Assembly (NCBI GenBank): GCA_003225495.1
Contig: QIAJ01000084.1
Location: forward strand, 30,953-94,952
DNA from: Acidobacteriota bacterium
GTDB taxonomy: Bacteria; Acidobacteriota; Terriglobia; Terriglobales; Acidobacteriaceae
Length of the DNA: 64,000 nt
Direction of reading: 5' to 3'
The position numbers and the translations under genes are program-made. Shown here in pieces: positions 31,780-42,029 of the stretch; position 1 is the stretch's first letter, and each line of letters opens with the position of its first letter. Under the pieces are notes generated by a model. The model had not been told where the DNA came from, ran no database searches, and was given only the letters and a program-made list of their open reading frames with translations.

Positions 31780-32430
31780 CTACATTGGCGGCCTTCTTCG
31801 ATCGCGGAACAGCGTCGATCCGATCACTCCGCCCACCGCCGCGAACAGTATCGACAGCAGCAGTGCGAACACCATTCCAAACGCAAGAACTGTTCCGAAC
31901 CCTTGCGGAGTATGCAGCCATTGCAGGAGTGATTGCACCTCAGGTTCAGACCGATTTGCGATCCCTTGTTCGACCGCTTGCATCATTACGTCATGAAATT
32001 TTTGCTGCGAATTCAGCAGGACGATTGTCATCACAGTCAGCAGCGCGGTCGCCGCAAAAGAAATTGCTCCCGCCATTGCTCCGAGGCGCGCCGCCTTGCC
32101 GCCGCGCAACGTCCCTGGATTCGCCCTGTGATACAGCAGCGCCGCCAGAATCCCGGTGAGCACCATTCCCAGCCCGAACGGGATGAGATTGGCCATCACT
32201 CCCAACAAGCCCGCCTGCATTGCCGTTCGAAAAAATGCGGCGTCGGTAGAAGGCCGCACCCCCGTGCCATTCAGATGATCGGGTACCAGTTCAACGTCCG
32301 ATCCAGAGCCTGGAGCGGTCGGCTCCAAGGGCGCGAATTCCACCCTCACCTGCGGGGCGCGGCACTGCGGACAGAACGGACGTCCGTCTTCAACCTCCGT
32401 CCCACACTGGTCACAGGAATGAGCCACCAC
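31780..32430 (-). CDS. zinc-ribbon membrane protein, function unknown
   Basis: CDQCGTEVEDGRPFCPQC at the N-terminus, followed by about 4 TM helices. Confidence 0.55.
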   Translation of the reverse strand: MVAHSCDQCGTEVEDGRPFCPQCRAPQVRVEFAPLEPTAPGSGSDVELVPDHLNGTGVRPSTDAAFFRTAMQAGLLGVMANLIPFGLGMVLTGILAALLYHRANPGTLRGGKAARLGAMAGAISFAATALLTVMTIVLLNSQQKFHDVMMQAVEQGIANRSEPEVQSLLQWLHTPQGFGTVLAFGMVFALLLSILFAAVGGVIGSTLFRDRRRPPM

Positions 32431-32632
32431 TCAAAAGCTAGCGCAGCTTTGCGAGGAGAGCAACCCGGCACTAAGCAACTATAGGGAGTGCGCAATCTGG
32501 AGTTGTCGAAGGGAGCGACACCAGCGCCCAGCCGCAGACGTCAGCGATCCATATTGATTCGCCACAACTTCACACAGTAGACGAGCGCCGCGGTCCTTCC
32601 CGCCGAGCATGAGCAGCGCAACGACTTCATCG

Positions 32633-33451
32633 CTACTTAATGCCTTGGATGGCCAATGGGAAGACCGGGTCCATCGCGGAAGCTCCGCCATCAACGTACA
32701 GCAGCTGGCCAGTGATGAAGCTCGCCTGGTCGGTGCAGAGAAGAACAACGGCATTGCCGACGTCGGCTGGCACTCCGAGGCGCCTCATGGGCGTCCAGCC
32801 GCTCTCGTGCCAGTCCTTGATTATCTGGAATACCTCGGGCGGCAGCCCGCTGAGGACGCTGTCGTCGCAGGCGCCCGGACTGATGATATTTACCGTGATG
32901 CCCTTCTGGGCGAGAGCGACCGCGAAATAACGAGCCAGCGCCTCCTTCGCGGCTTTTGCTGAGCCCATGGCAACCCAAGGCTGCCAGCTGCCGGTTTGCC
33001 CGCCGGGCGCGTAGGTGATGGCGATGATCCGGCCGTTCTTGCCCATCATGGGCACCGCTGCGCGGACCGCAACCAGGAACTCCGTAGCCTGGCTATCAAA
33101 CGTCGCCTGCCATACCTCCAGCGGGATCTCCATCGGTTCCGCGTAGAAGCCGGTAGCGAGCGTAGCCCTGGCGTTAGAAACGAAGATGTCCAGGCCGCCG
33201 AATTGGGACTTAATGGTCTCGAACATGCGCTGGATGTCCACAACCTTACCGACATCCGCCTTGATCAGCAGTGGCATCGCACCGCGTTCTTTGAGGAGGC
33301 GAGCGGCGTCTTCAGCGGCCGCGTCGTTCTCCTTGTAGTTGATTGCAATTCTTTTGAATCCCTGCTCAGCGAGCTTCAGCGTGATTCCGCGGCCAATACC
33401 ACGTGATGCCCCTGTGATCAGAGCGGTCTGCTGCGTGACTGTGATTGGCAT
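32633..33451 (-). CDS. SDR-superfamily protein, FabL/FabI-like enoyl reductase type
   Basis: GGAGGG lies 4 nt before ATG 33451. TGASRGIGRG cofactor motif. The ..MGSAKAAKEAL.. region resembles the FabI/FabL Y-x6-K region but has Trp at the Tyr column (see finding). Confidence 0.65.
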   Translation of the reverse strand: MPITVTQQTALITGASRGIGRGITLKLAEQGFKRIAINYKENDAAAEDAARLLKERGAMPLLIKADVGKVVDIQRMFETIKSQFGGLDIFVSNARATLATGFYAEPMEIPLEVWQATFDSQATEFLVAVRAAVPMMGKNGRIIAITYAPGGQTGSWQPWVAMGSAKAAKEALARYFAVALAQKGITVNIISPGACDDSVLSGLPPEVFQIIKDWHESGWTPMRRLGVPADVGNAVVLLCTDQASFITGQLLYVDGGASAMDPVFPLAIQGIK

Positions 33452-33576
33452 GACACCCTCCGGTTGTGTCTGATGGATCGACACGATCGATCTCGCGTAC
33501 TACACTCTGCGACCTACCCCTAGGAAAACGCAAACGCGAGGGGGCAGCCGGAGATGTGGGTATCGACCACGGACTG

Positions 33577-34185
33577 CTAGATCGTGTCATCCTTGCCCGC
33601 GTGTGTACGCACATACACCAGCGCGAACCGCGATCCCTTGCCATCCGGCTTTACAGCAACGATGTGCTGGTTGTCTTCTGTGCCGACCTTCAACTCCACC
33701 GACTCTCCATGCCCATTGTCGCGGCACGAAACCGGCTTGGCGGACTCTCTTCCTTTGTCCCTGCTGTTAAGGTCGGTATCGACATCCCCGCCCGTCCAGC
33801 GCCCGTGACATTGAATCGGCTTACCGAAGCGGCGCAATTCTTTGTCGTAATACGCGATGATCTTCTCCGGCGCATCATCTGACTGGAACTCCGCCGCCAC
33901 CACTCGCAGCGCGAATCCCATCGCCGAAATATTGACGTTAGCGCTCTTCTTATCCTCGCCACTATCTTTCGCCGCCGGCCTTGCGCCTCCGTACAGCGAA
34001 AGTCCCGTGTCGCGTATATCGGGCTGTGCGTTGACGTGGATATCGCCCATCGGCGTCTTGATGTCCACGCGTTGTTCGCCCTCTTTGTTCTTGTCCTTCA
34101 CATTGATGCTGCAAGCCGGCAGAACAACTATCGACGAAAGCAGCACGGCGCACCCGAGCGGTGCAACAAAGTTACGGCTGAGCAT
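33577..34185 (-). CDS. lipoprotein, hypothetical
   Basis: AGGAGG lies 8 nt before ATG 34185. MLSRNFVAPLGCAVLLSSIVVLPAC carries a lipobox. It overlaps the GH3 gene end by 14 nt. Confidence 0.6.
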   Translation of the reverse strand: MLSRNFVAPLGCAVLLSSIVVLPACSINVKDKNKEGEQRVDIKTPMGDIHVNAQPDIRDTGLSLYGGARPAAKDSGEDKKSANVNISAMGFALRVVAAEFQSDDAPEKIIAYYDKELRRFGKPIQCHGRWTGGDVDTDLNSRDKGRESAKPVSCRDNGHGESVELKVGTEDNQHIVAVKPDGKGSRFALVYVRTHAGKDDTI

Positions 34186-36100
34186 GAGATGAGCCTCCTG
34201 AACTGATTGACGCGGAGTGTTCCAGGCCCGCGCCTCGTGACGCGATTCCCGGAATCGTGACTGGCAAATGTCCGTGCGTTGGAATCTCGCCGAACAGCGC
34301 CTTGACCGCAGCCACCTCTGACACCGTGGCATTCGAAAAGGTACAGAGATAAGTTTGAACCGACGGAAAATCCTGCGCCAGATACGGATTTCCCATCGCC
34401 AGCACCGCTGTTCGCGGCCCCGCGTGTTCAAGAATTGCGTTGAGCAAAGTTGCGCTCGCATCTGCCATAGCCACGCTATTCTTCAGGCCGCCCGCCGCCG
34501 CAATCACGCGCCCCGCCGTCGGAATCACATACACCGCCGCCACCACGTGCTCCGCCGCGTTCACCGCAGCCAGAACATCGGCGCTCATTCCCGCCGCCGA
34601 CCGCGTATCGACATAGATCACGTGAGCATCCGGCACCCGGGCGAGGATCTGGCGTTCTAGCATCCGTCCGGAGTCGGTGCGCAAGTCTTCGCTGAAAATC
34701 ACCGCGACCAGCCGGTTGCGCACCTCAACTACAGATTGATACGGAAGCGCCGACCCCGTTGTTCCCGTCACGTTGGGACGAAGTGGCAGCACCTTCCCGT
34801 TATCCCGGACCAGCGTCACCGCCTCGTCCGCCACTCGCTGTCCAACCGCCAGATTCTCAGGCTTTCCGATCGCCTTCGGAAGCAGATTCAGATCCACCAA
34901 CCGCGCTTTCTGCAATCGCAAAGAAGCCTTTAATTCCAGGATTTTACGGACCGATTCGTCCAGTCTCGCAGTCGGGATTTCGCCGCTCTTCACCGCCTGC
35001 GCCATCGCCCGGAAACTGGCGTCGAGATCCACCGGAATCAGCAATACATCATTGCCCGCCTTGAATGCATCCACCGACGCTCGTCCAATATCGTTAGCGT
35101 ACATTCGCGTCAGCCCGGCCATATCGAGCGCGTCCGTGACGACGATCCCTTTGAACTTCATCTGCTCTTTCAGCAAGCTCGTCACGACCGTACTCGATGT
35201 CGTCGCAACGTGGTTAGCTTCAGCGTCGAGCGCGGGTACCGTCACATGCGCGACCATCACGGAATCCACTCCCGCCTCGATCCCTCGTCGAAACGGCGGC
35301 AGTTCCACAGAATCCAGCCGCGCTCGATCTCCCGTCACCTGCGCAACTCCCAGATGCGAATCCGTCGCAGTGTCGCCATGTCCGGGAAAATGTTTGACGG
35401 TCGTCAGCATTCCGCCCTCGTGCGCGCCCTTCACATAAGCCGCCACCATCTCGCCCACGTTTTGCGGATCTTCTCCGAACGAACGCGTGTTGATGATCGG
35501 ATTCGCCGGATTCGAATTCACGTCCGCATCGGGAAAGAAATTCCAGTGCACTCCGATCGCACGTGCCTCCTGAGCCGTGATTCGACCGAAGGCCTCCGCA
35601 TCCTCGAGTTTTCCCGCCGCCCCAAACGCCATCGCATGCGGAAACACCGTCGCGCCATACAGCCGCATCGAAACGCCACGCTCAAAGTCAGCCGCAATAA
35701 CCAGCGGCAACTCCGAGGACTGCTGTAGCCGGTTCAGTAACTCCGCCGCCTCAAAAGGCTGGTTCCTCATCAGCACCGCGCCATCCACTGGCACGCTCAT
35801 GCACAGCCCGCCAATGTGATACTTCCGCACGTTATCCCGCAACGTAATCCAGGCCGCATCGGCTTCGTTCATGAACGTGACTCGCGTCCAGATCATGAAC
35901 AACTGGCCGATCTTCTCTTCGGGCGACATTTTTCGCAGCGTCTTGTCGACCCATTTCTGACCGTCTTTGTCCAGACGGATGGCTCCTGGCTGCTGAAAAG
36001 TTTCTTTGTCTTTGGCGGCGCTGGACAAGGAAGTGCCAAGGATAATTGCAGCTAACGCATAATCTCGAAGCATGTAGGGAACGATAACAAATTCCCCCAT
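34172..36100 (-). CDS. glycoside hydrolase family 3 (NagZ/BglX-like), secreted
   Basis: KHFPGHGDT and GIVVTDALDM (catalytic Asp region). N-terminal signal-like segment. 642 aa across two domains. Confidence 0.88.
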   Translation of the reverse strand: MGEFVIVPYMLRDYALAAIILGTSLSSAAKDKETFQQPGAIRLDKDGQKWVDKTLRKMSPEEKIGQLFMIWTRVTFMNEADAAWITLRDNVRKYHIGGLCMSVPVDGAVLMRNQPFEAAELLNRLQQSSELPLVIAADFERGVSMRLYGATVFPHAMAFGAAGKLEDAEAFGRITAQEARAIGVHWNFFPDADVNSNPANPIINTRSFGEDPQNVGEMVAAYVKGAHEGGMLTTVKHFPGHGDTATDSHLGVAQVTGDRARLDSVELPPFRRGIEAGVDSVMVAHVTVPALDAEANHVATTSSTVVTSLLKEQMKFKGIVVTDALDMAGLTRMYANDIGRASVDAFKAGNDVLLIPVDLDASFRAMAQAVKSGEIPTARLDESVRKILELKASLRLQKARLVDLNLLPKAIGKPENLAVGQRVADEAVTLVRDNGKVLPLRPNVTGTTGSALPYQSVVEVRNRLVAVIFSEDLRTDSGRMLERQILARVPDAHVIYVDTRSAAGMSADVLAAVNAAEHVVAAVYVIPTAGRVIAAAGGLKNSVAMADASATLLNAILEHAGPRTAVLAMGNPYLAQDFPSVQTYLCTFSNATVSEVAAVKALFGEIPTHGHLPVTIPGIASRGAGLEHSASISSGGSSHAQP

Positions 36101-36268
36101 GAACCGCCGCTCTTAATCCTCATTCAATCATTGTTGTTGAGACAATTGGGAGTTGCCCCAACAACCGGATGCCCTAAGGGCTTCATAATTCTCACGACTC
36201 GGCCATTTTCCGGCCACTTGTTCCCCTCCCACCGCATCTCAACCCCATCATAATTTAGGAGGATTTCT

Positions 36269-36736
36269 TTGAAGACCATCGTGACTCTTCTCCTCATCGC
36301 CGCTCTTATCGTTGGAGCAACCTGGGTGATCACCGGAAAACTGCGCGAATCAGTATTGGATCATGAGAGGCGTATAGCGCAACTTGAACAACGGCCTCGT
36401 TTCGGCTCGCACACTTTAAGTGTTACGAATATCGCTACTACCACCAATATGAATCGATCCATCTGGAGTCTGGAGGGTACCGACACCATCTACTTTGCAT
36501 GGCTCAATGTGGAGACTTTTGGAACGCAAGCGGTCAATAGGTCAGTAATGTTGACTGCCAATTCAGCCGACAAAAAATCGGTTGTGATTGAACGGACCAG
36601 CCCGGCCACAGGAACCGCCACCTGTACTTTGACCTTCTGGGTAGAGAAAAATCAGATCATGCTTGCGCCTGCCGCCTGCACCGGCGGAAGCGCGGAAGAC
36701 CATGCGTCGATCGAAGCGGCCGTCGAGATCAGGTAA
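36269..36736 (+). CDS. membrane-anchored hypothetical protein
   Basis: AGGAGG lies before the TTG start. N-terminal TM helix is KTIVTLLLIAALIVGATWVI. Confidence 0.5.
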   Translation: MKTIVTLLLIAALIVGATWVITGKLRESVLDHERRIAQLEQRPRFGSHTLSVTNIATTTNMNRSIWSLEGTDTIYFAWLNVETFGTQAVNRSVMLTANSADKKSVVIERTSPATGTATCTLTFWVEKNQIMLAPAACTGGSAEDHASIEAAVEIR

Positions 36737-36739
36737 GGC

Positions 36740-38344
36740 CTACTTCGCCGCCACCGCCGTTTCCTTCGCCTTCTTCAACTCCGGACGCTCCGAGTTCGAT
36801 CCCTCGCACGTCTTCAGCAGCAACGCGTAGTACTCCGAAGGCTGCGAACTCTGGCCCGCCATCTCCGCCGCCCGCGCCGCCCCGTACAGCCCATTGAAGC
36901 GCTTCGGATTTGATTTCAACGCGCTCCGATACTCAACCAATGCCACCGCCGGACGATTCAACTCCAGCAACAGATCCGCCAGGATTTCGCGCGCAGGCAT
37001 GGAAGTCTGCTCATCTCCAACGCTGTCCTCATGATCGGCTGCTTTCCTTAGTGACGCGATTGCCTCGTCATTCTTTCCGTCGCCACGCAACACCCAGGCA
37101 TTCGCCTCCTCGTAGAGCATGTCGACAAAGTCTGCATCATAGTCGTGGTTGTGCGTTCCCTTGCCCTTGCTGATCGCTTCAATCTCGGCCAGATCCTTCT
37201 TTGCCGCCGCCAGATTTCCGCTGCGCGCATTGCCCATCGATCGCGCCCAGTAAGTATATGCGCGGTCCCCCGATTCCCACGTAGCGACGACCGGCAGCGC
37301 AGCCGCATCCTTCCACTGGTGTAACTCGACCGCATACATGGCCGGGAATTTCGATGTCGCGAAGGATTTCATGTCCCGCTCGCCGCCCATTTCCATGTCC
37401 GGCAGGGTCTTAACTTCCTCGATGACTTTCTGCGCGTCACATTCGCGCCCGCTTTGCAAATACGCGTAAATCAGAAAATCCATCGCGTGAAACTGATGTC
37501 CCCCACCCCCCATGTGCATTGCTGAAGTCTTGCGCGTTGCTTCAATCGAAGCCTTGTTCGATTCAATCGAAGCCTGCCAGTCTCCCACGCGCGCGAAGAT
37601 GTGCGACGGCATATGGACCGCATGCGGAGCAAAGGGCGCGATCTTCGCATAGCGACGCGCCGCCGGCAGTCCCAGTTCCGCCAGTTGCGGCTTGTCATAA
37701 CTGTGGATCAGATAGTGCGCGATGCCCGGATGATTCGGTTCAACATCAAACAGCTTTTCCAGAATCGCGCCGGCCTTCTTGCGGTTGGCGAACGTCGTAT
37801 CTCCCTCGGGCTCCGCCGCCAGCAGCGACAGCGCATAAAATGCCGCTGCCTCATGGTCATCCGGATACTTCTGATAGACCTTCTCCATCGCATCCGAGTA
37901 AGCTTTAGCGCGTTTTTCGTGTTCCAGCTTGCCATTCGTATAGAACTGCTTGAGCGCCGCAATGTAGTCCCGCTCTCGATCGGTACTCGCGTGCAGCTTC
38001 TGAGCTTTCTTCAGCCCGTCCAGCTCCTTCTTGATCGTCTTCGCTTCCGGGCGCCCCCACAGCTGATGCCACGAACTCATGCCCTCGCCCCAGTACGCCA
38101 TCGCGCACTTCGGGTCCTGCTTCTGGATTTCCAGAAACACCTTCCCCGACTCCTCGTACCAGAACGAGTGCAACAGCGCCACGCCCTTTTCAAAAGTCTT
38201 CTGCGATTCCGGCGCGCAAGAGACAGGAAAATGCACCGTGCCCAACTGCTCCTGCGTCAATTCTTCGTGATGATGCCCTTCATCAGCAACCGCGACGCCG
38301 CACCAGGCAGCAGCCACGCATATCAGCCAGATAACCTTGCGCAT
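36740..38344 (-). CDS. secreted TPR-repeat protein
   Basis: Start at MRKVIWLICVAAAWCGVAVA (signal peptide). Helical repeat composition throughout. The upstream part of the 591-aa ORF is a translated microsatellite. Confidence 0.7.
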   Translation of the reverse strand: MRKVIWLICVAAAWCGVAVADEGHHHEELTQEQLGTVHFPVSCAPESQKTFEKGVALLHSFWYEESGKVFLEIQKQDPKCAMAYWGEGMSSWHQLWGRPEAKTIKKELDGLKKAQKLHASTDRERDYIAALKQFYTNGKLEHEKRAKAYSDAMEKVYQKYPDDHEAAAFYALSLLAAEPEGDTTFANRKKAGAILEKLFDVEPNHPGIAHYLIHSYDKPQLAELGLPAARRYAKIAPFAPHAVHMPSHIFARVGDWQASIESNKASIEATRKTSAMHMGGGGHQFHAMDFLIYAYLQSGRECDAQKVIEEVKTLPDMEMGGERDMKSFATSKFPAMYAVELHQWKDAAALPVVATWESGDRAYTYWARSMGNARSGNLAAAKKDLAEIEAISKGKGTHNHDYDADFVDMLYEEANAWVLRGDGKNDEAIASLRKAADHEDSVGDEQTSMPAREILADLLLELNRPAVALVEYRSALKSNPKRFNGLYGAARAAEMAGQSSQPSEYYALLLKTCEGSNSERPELKKAKETAVAAK

Positions 38345-38472
38345 GAAACACCTCGAGGAACGAATTCTAGTGGTGAGAGAAGAGAGGATCAAGGAAGCTG
38401 TTGACAGTACGACAGCCAAAACGACAGACCGGAACCCTCTTGCCAACAACAATACAGCGGATTTTTGTTTTT

Positions 38473-38535
38473 CCTGAGACCTGAGACCTGAGACCTGAGA
38501 CCTGAGACCTGACACCTGTGACCCGAGACCCGAGA
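38473..38535. repeat. heptanucleotide microsatellite (CCTGAGA)x5 plus 4 degenerate units
   Basis: Five perfect CCTGAGA units, then CCTGACA, CCTGTGA and CCCGAGA twice. It lies 129 nt upstream of the TPR gene start. Confidence 0.95.
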
Positions 38536-38541
38536 CCTGCG

Positions 38542-38814
38542 TTACTGCAGCCGAAACCTCTCATTCATCAGCCGCTGCAGCCGCGGTTTATAAAGGATGT
38601 CATAAGCAAGCTCCTTATCCGGAAACATTGCCAGCGCAGTCCTCCGCGCATTCGCAGCCATTTCCGCCGCTTCTTCCACCGTCAGATCCGGATCCTGGCT
38701 AATGACCGACATCACCATGCTGATCATCAGCTGCAATCTGCGAATCTTGCGCGACTCGTCCAGTTGCTCGTTCTGTTGTATCCCCGACGGTTCGGCGCTT
38801 TGCGGCATTTCCAT
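38542..38814 (-). CDS. hypothetical protein (90 aa; alternative start 38892)
   Basis: A G-rich SD-like AAGGGGGG precedes MEMPQSAEPS... No recognisable motif. Confidence 0.4.
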   Translation of the reverse strand: MEMPQSAEPSGIQQNEQLDESRKIRRLQLMISMVMSVISQDPDLTVEEAAEMAANARRTALAMFPDKELAYDILYKPRLQRLMNERFRLQ

Positions 38815-39014
38815 GCTTCCCCCCTTGGCCCCACATCCCGCATCAATTTGGATGATCGATAGAACCGTGGCGTTGCGCTCCCAAGCCGCCATTGTGGCAT
38901 CTTAAACAGATCTTTCAAGTTTCGTTTGGACCTTGCACCTTTGTGACCCGCAAGACAGACGCGGGGTGACTGCCGTAATCTGTTAGTACGAAGTTTGATG
39001 GAGGACGAGGACGA

Positions 39015-39296
39015 ATGCCAGTCACCGCAAATCCCAAGCCCGATCCCAACGAAAAACTGGTCAAGGTATTCGATACCGAGCAGGAACCGGAGGCTCTCGT
39101 TGTGCAGGGCTTGCTTCAATCCGCCGGAATCGTCTCGGAGTTGCAGGCCATCGACGTCAGCCAGGACGCATTCCCCGGCTTGGGCGGCGTCAAACTTCTC
39201 GTGGCCGAGAATGACGCCGATGCGGCGAAAAAAATAATCGAGTCTTACCGCCAGTCGCCGCCCGTGGATGACGAAACCGCCGAACTCACCGGATAA
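39015..39296 (+). CDS. small DUF2007-like (putative signal-transducing) protein
   Basis: LVKVFDTEQEPEALVVQGLLQSAGI...GGVKLLVAENDADAAKKII follows the pattern of that family, as recalled from memory. Confidence 0.5.
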   Translation: MPVTANPKPDPNEKLVKVFDTEQEPEALVVQGLLQSAGIVSELQAIDVSQDAFPGLGGVKLLVAENDADAAKKIIESYRQSPPVDDETAELTG

Positions 39297-41985
39297 GGGC
39301 GACCTCCGGTGTAACGGACTTGCCGTCCAGATAAAAACTCACGACCCCCGTCATATCCGTGCGATACGTCTTCACTCCCGCCTGCTGCAATCGTTCCAGC
39401 ACCTCGCGCCGAGGATGTCCGTACACATTCCTTACACCCGCCGAGATCACCGCGAATTGAGGACGAACCATCGCCAGTAGTTCTGCGGAAGTCGAACTCG
39501 CGCTCCCATGGTGCGCCACCTTCAACAACTGTGCCTCTGGATGCTCCTCCACGATGCGCCGCTCCTCCGCTTTTTCAGCATCCGCCTCCAGCAGCGCCGT
39601 CGTCCCCGCCAGCGCCACCGTAAACACCAGTGATTGCAGGTTCGGCCGCAACGCCGACCGCGCCTCATCGTGCCTCGGACCAAGCACATGAAAGTGCGCG
39701 CCGCCGTAATCGAATTCTTCCCCTTCCGCCCGCACAGAAATCTTCATCCCCGCACTCTTCGCCTGCACGAGAATCGGATCCAACTCCGGGTTCGGCGCAG
39801 CCGTGCTCAGCCACAACTCCCGCGGATGAAAATTCGCAATCACGCTGGGCATGCCGCCCAGATGATCGGAATGATCGTGGGTGATGACCACCGCATCCAC
39901 CCGCTCGATCCCGCGATTCCAGAGATACGACGACACCACCTGCTCCCCGATATCGAACGAAGAATGCATCCACCGCGGCAGCTCCCCCGCATCCACCAGG
40001 ATCGTTCGTCCCTCGGGCGTCACCAGCAGAATCGAATCGCCTTGTCCAACATCGATCGAAGTAACTTCCAGAATTCCCCGCCGCACTTGCGGACGCGGAG
40101 GCACCAACGCGACCCAACCCGCCGTTGCAACCAGCAATATTAAAGAAGCGAACGCCACCACTCGCGATCGTCGTACCGCGATCATCGCTAACCCGAGCAC
40201 ACCCAGCGCAATCACGATCACCGCACCCGGTGGAGTAGCCACCCGAAGATCCGCCAGCCTCCAACCGCCCGCCCAGTGCACCGTCCCCGTGATCAGGTTG
40301 AGCGCAACTCCCGACACCCATGCCGCCGGACGCGCCACCATCACCGAAAAATATCCCACTCCTACCGCCGTCACTGCCGCCGGCATCAGTACTTCCGTCA
40401 ATGGAACAACCGCCAGGTTCGCCGGCATCCCCATGGTCGTAGCCCGATGAAAGTAGTACGCCATCGGCAACGCTAACCCCGCTTGCATCAACGCCGAGAC
40501 AAATAAAAGTTCGCCGCTCGCCAGGACGATCCGCATCATTGCGCCCGGAAGCATCAGCCCCGCTCGTTCGCCGATAAACCTCTTCAACCGCCCCGCGATC
40601 AGCCGCAAATCCAACCGGAACTGTGCCACCTCCGCCGGCACGTGCAAGTCATAGCTCGCGAATTTCAACAGTCGCAAGCCTCGCGTATACGGTTGCGTCG
40701 TTCTCTCCAACACCGGAATTCCAATCGCCGCAATGACCAGCACAGACAGAAATGTCAATTGAAAGCTGGTCCCGAAAAGAGCATGCGGATCGAAAATCAG
40801 AACTCCCAGTGCAGCCGCCCCAAGAGCATTCAGCATGCTTCGTTCGCGATATAAAAAACGCGCTCCCAGATAAATCGCCAGCATCAACGCAGCCCGCCAC
40901 ACCGGAGGCCCTACTCCAGTCACAAACGCGTACGCAAATGAAACCACCACAGTAACCACGCTCGCCAGCGCCTGATCCAGATGAAACTGCCGCAGCGTCC
41001 AGAAAATAACAAACGCAAGGATGCTCAGGTTCATCCTCGAAACAACCAGCACGTGATAAGTGCCCGAACGCTGAAAGTCGGCCCGCGTTCCGCCCTCCAG
41101 AAACGAATCTTCACCCAGGACCATCGCATCCATCAGCGCCGCCTGCGACGGCGTCCATAGCTCATGAATCTTCGCGACGATGCTGGCATGAATCCGCATC
41201 CGCAATCGCTCAATCCGGCTGCCGGAAAATCCTGGCAGCAGCTCGACATCCTGCGCTCGTGCCGACCCCAGCGCCGCAATCCCGTTCTCCCGCAGATAGC
41301 CTTCATAATCGAATGCGCCCGGATTGCGAAAATTCCGAGCCCGATGCAGTTTGGCCCGAACCCGCAACCTCGTTCCGTAGGTCACGCCGCATTGCAGTCC
41401 CTTGGGAACCATTAGTGCGATGGCAGGGTTATTGGGAGGGCACGACTTCAGTCGTGCCAAGACGTTTTCATCGCCGACGGCTTTAGCTGAGGCTGGCGCC
41501 TGATTCTCCCCCGCCGTCTCCTCGACTGTCTCCGAAACCGTCAGCCGTACCCCACTGCGAACATCGATAACCTCGGTTCCACGCTCAACACTCTCCGTCT
41601 CAATATCAATTTGTCGACTCAGATATCGAGACCCGCTCGCCCGCGCATATCCCTCACGCGTGACATGCCCAGTGATCGTGACCTCGCCCCCGTCCGTCAA
41701 CTCCCGTAAATGCGGATCATCCCCCTGCGCCCCCCGAATCTGAATCGACAAAGCTCCCACAAGAAACCACGTTCCCAGCGAGAACCCCTTAGCCAACCAC
41801 GCCCGCCGACCCACATACCAGAGGGCCGCCAGCGCGAACCCGAGCACCCCAAGCACCCACCATGCCGCCGGACGCCACTCCCGCGCTCCAATCCAAAGCC
41901 CCGCCGAAAATATCAGCGCCGCCCAAAGAAGTGGTTGCCGTTCGGCCTTGGGTTCACGGGTCATGAAATTGGAAAGCGCCTGCAA
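39286..41985 (-). CDS. comEC: DNA internalization competence protein ComEC/Rec2 with C-terminal metallo-beta-lactamase domain
   Basis: Polytopic competence domain plus VITHDHSDHLGG (HxHxDH) and VAHHGS. Confidence 0.9.
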   Translation of the reverse strand: MQALSNFMTREPKAERQPLLWAALIFSAGLWIGAREWRPAAWWVLGVLGFALAALWYVGRRAWLAKGFSLGTWFLVGALSIQIRGAQGDDPHLRELTDGGEVTITGHVTREGYARASGSRYLSRQIDIETESVERGTEVIDVRSGVRLTVSETVEETAGENQAPASAKAVGDENVLARLKSCPPNNPAIALMVPKGLQCGVTYGTRLRVRAKLHRARNFRNPGAFDYEGYLRENGIAALGSARAQDVELLPGFSGSRIERLRMRIHASIVAKIHELWTPSQAALMDAMVLGEDSFLEGGTRADFQRSGTYHVLVVSRMNLSILAFVIFWTLRQFHLDQALASVVTVVVSFAYAFVTGVGPPVWRAALMLAIYLGARFLYRERSMLNALGAAALGVLIFDPHALFGTSFQLTFLSVLVIAAIGIPVLERTTQPYTRGLRLLKFASYDLHVPAEVAQFRLDLRLIAGRLKRFIGERAGLMLPGAMMRIVLASGELLFVSALMQAGLALPMAYYFHRATTMGMPANLAVVPLTEVLMPAAVTAVGVGYFSVMVARPAAWVSGVALNLITGTVHWAGGWRLADLRVATPPGAVIVIALGVLGLAMIAVRRSRVVAFASLILLVATAGWVALVPPRPQVRRGILEVTSIDVGQGDSILLVTPEGRTILVDAGELPRWMHSSFDIGEQVVSSYLWNRGIERVDAVVITHDHSDHLGGMPSVIANFHPRELWLSTAAPNPELDPILVQAKSAGMKISVRAEGEEFDYGGAHFHVLGPRHDEARSALRPNLQSLVFTVALAGTTALLEADAEKAEERRIVEEHPEAQLLKVAHHGSASSTSAELLAMVRPQFAVISAGVRNVYGHPRREVLERLQQAGVKTYRTDMTGVVSFYLDGKSVTPEVALIR

Positions 41986-42029
41986 GCAGTGGAGGGGATA
42001 CAGCTATTTGCAAGCGAACATGAAAGCGG

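Noticed and set aside
32479-32754. 91-aa minus-strand ORF partly filling the 32431-32632 gap.
   Set aside because: Its upstream part overlaps the SDR gene's 3' end in another frame. The non-overlapping part has no RBS or recognisable motif.
38367-38564. A 65-aa ORF, and the 57-aa N-terminal extension of ORF 36740..38515 (SGLRSQVSGLRSQ).
   Set aside because: Both are translations of the CCTGAGA microsatellite. A signal-peptide start at 38344 fits the TPR protein much better.
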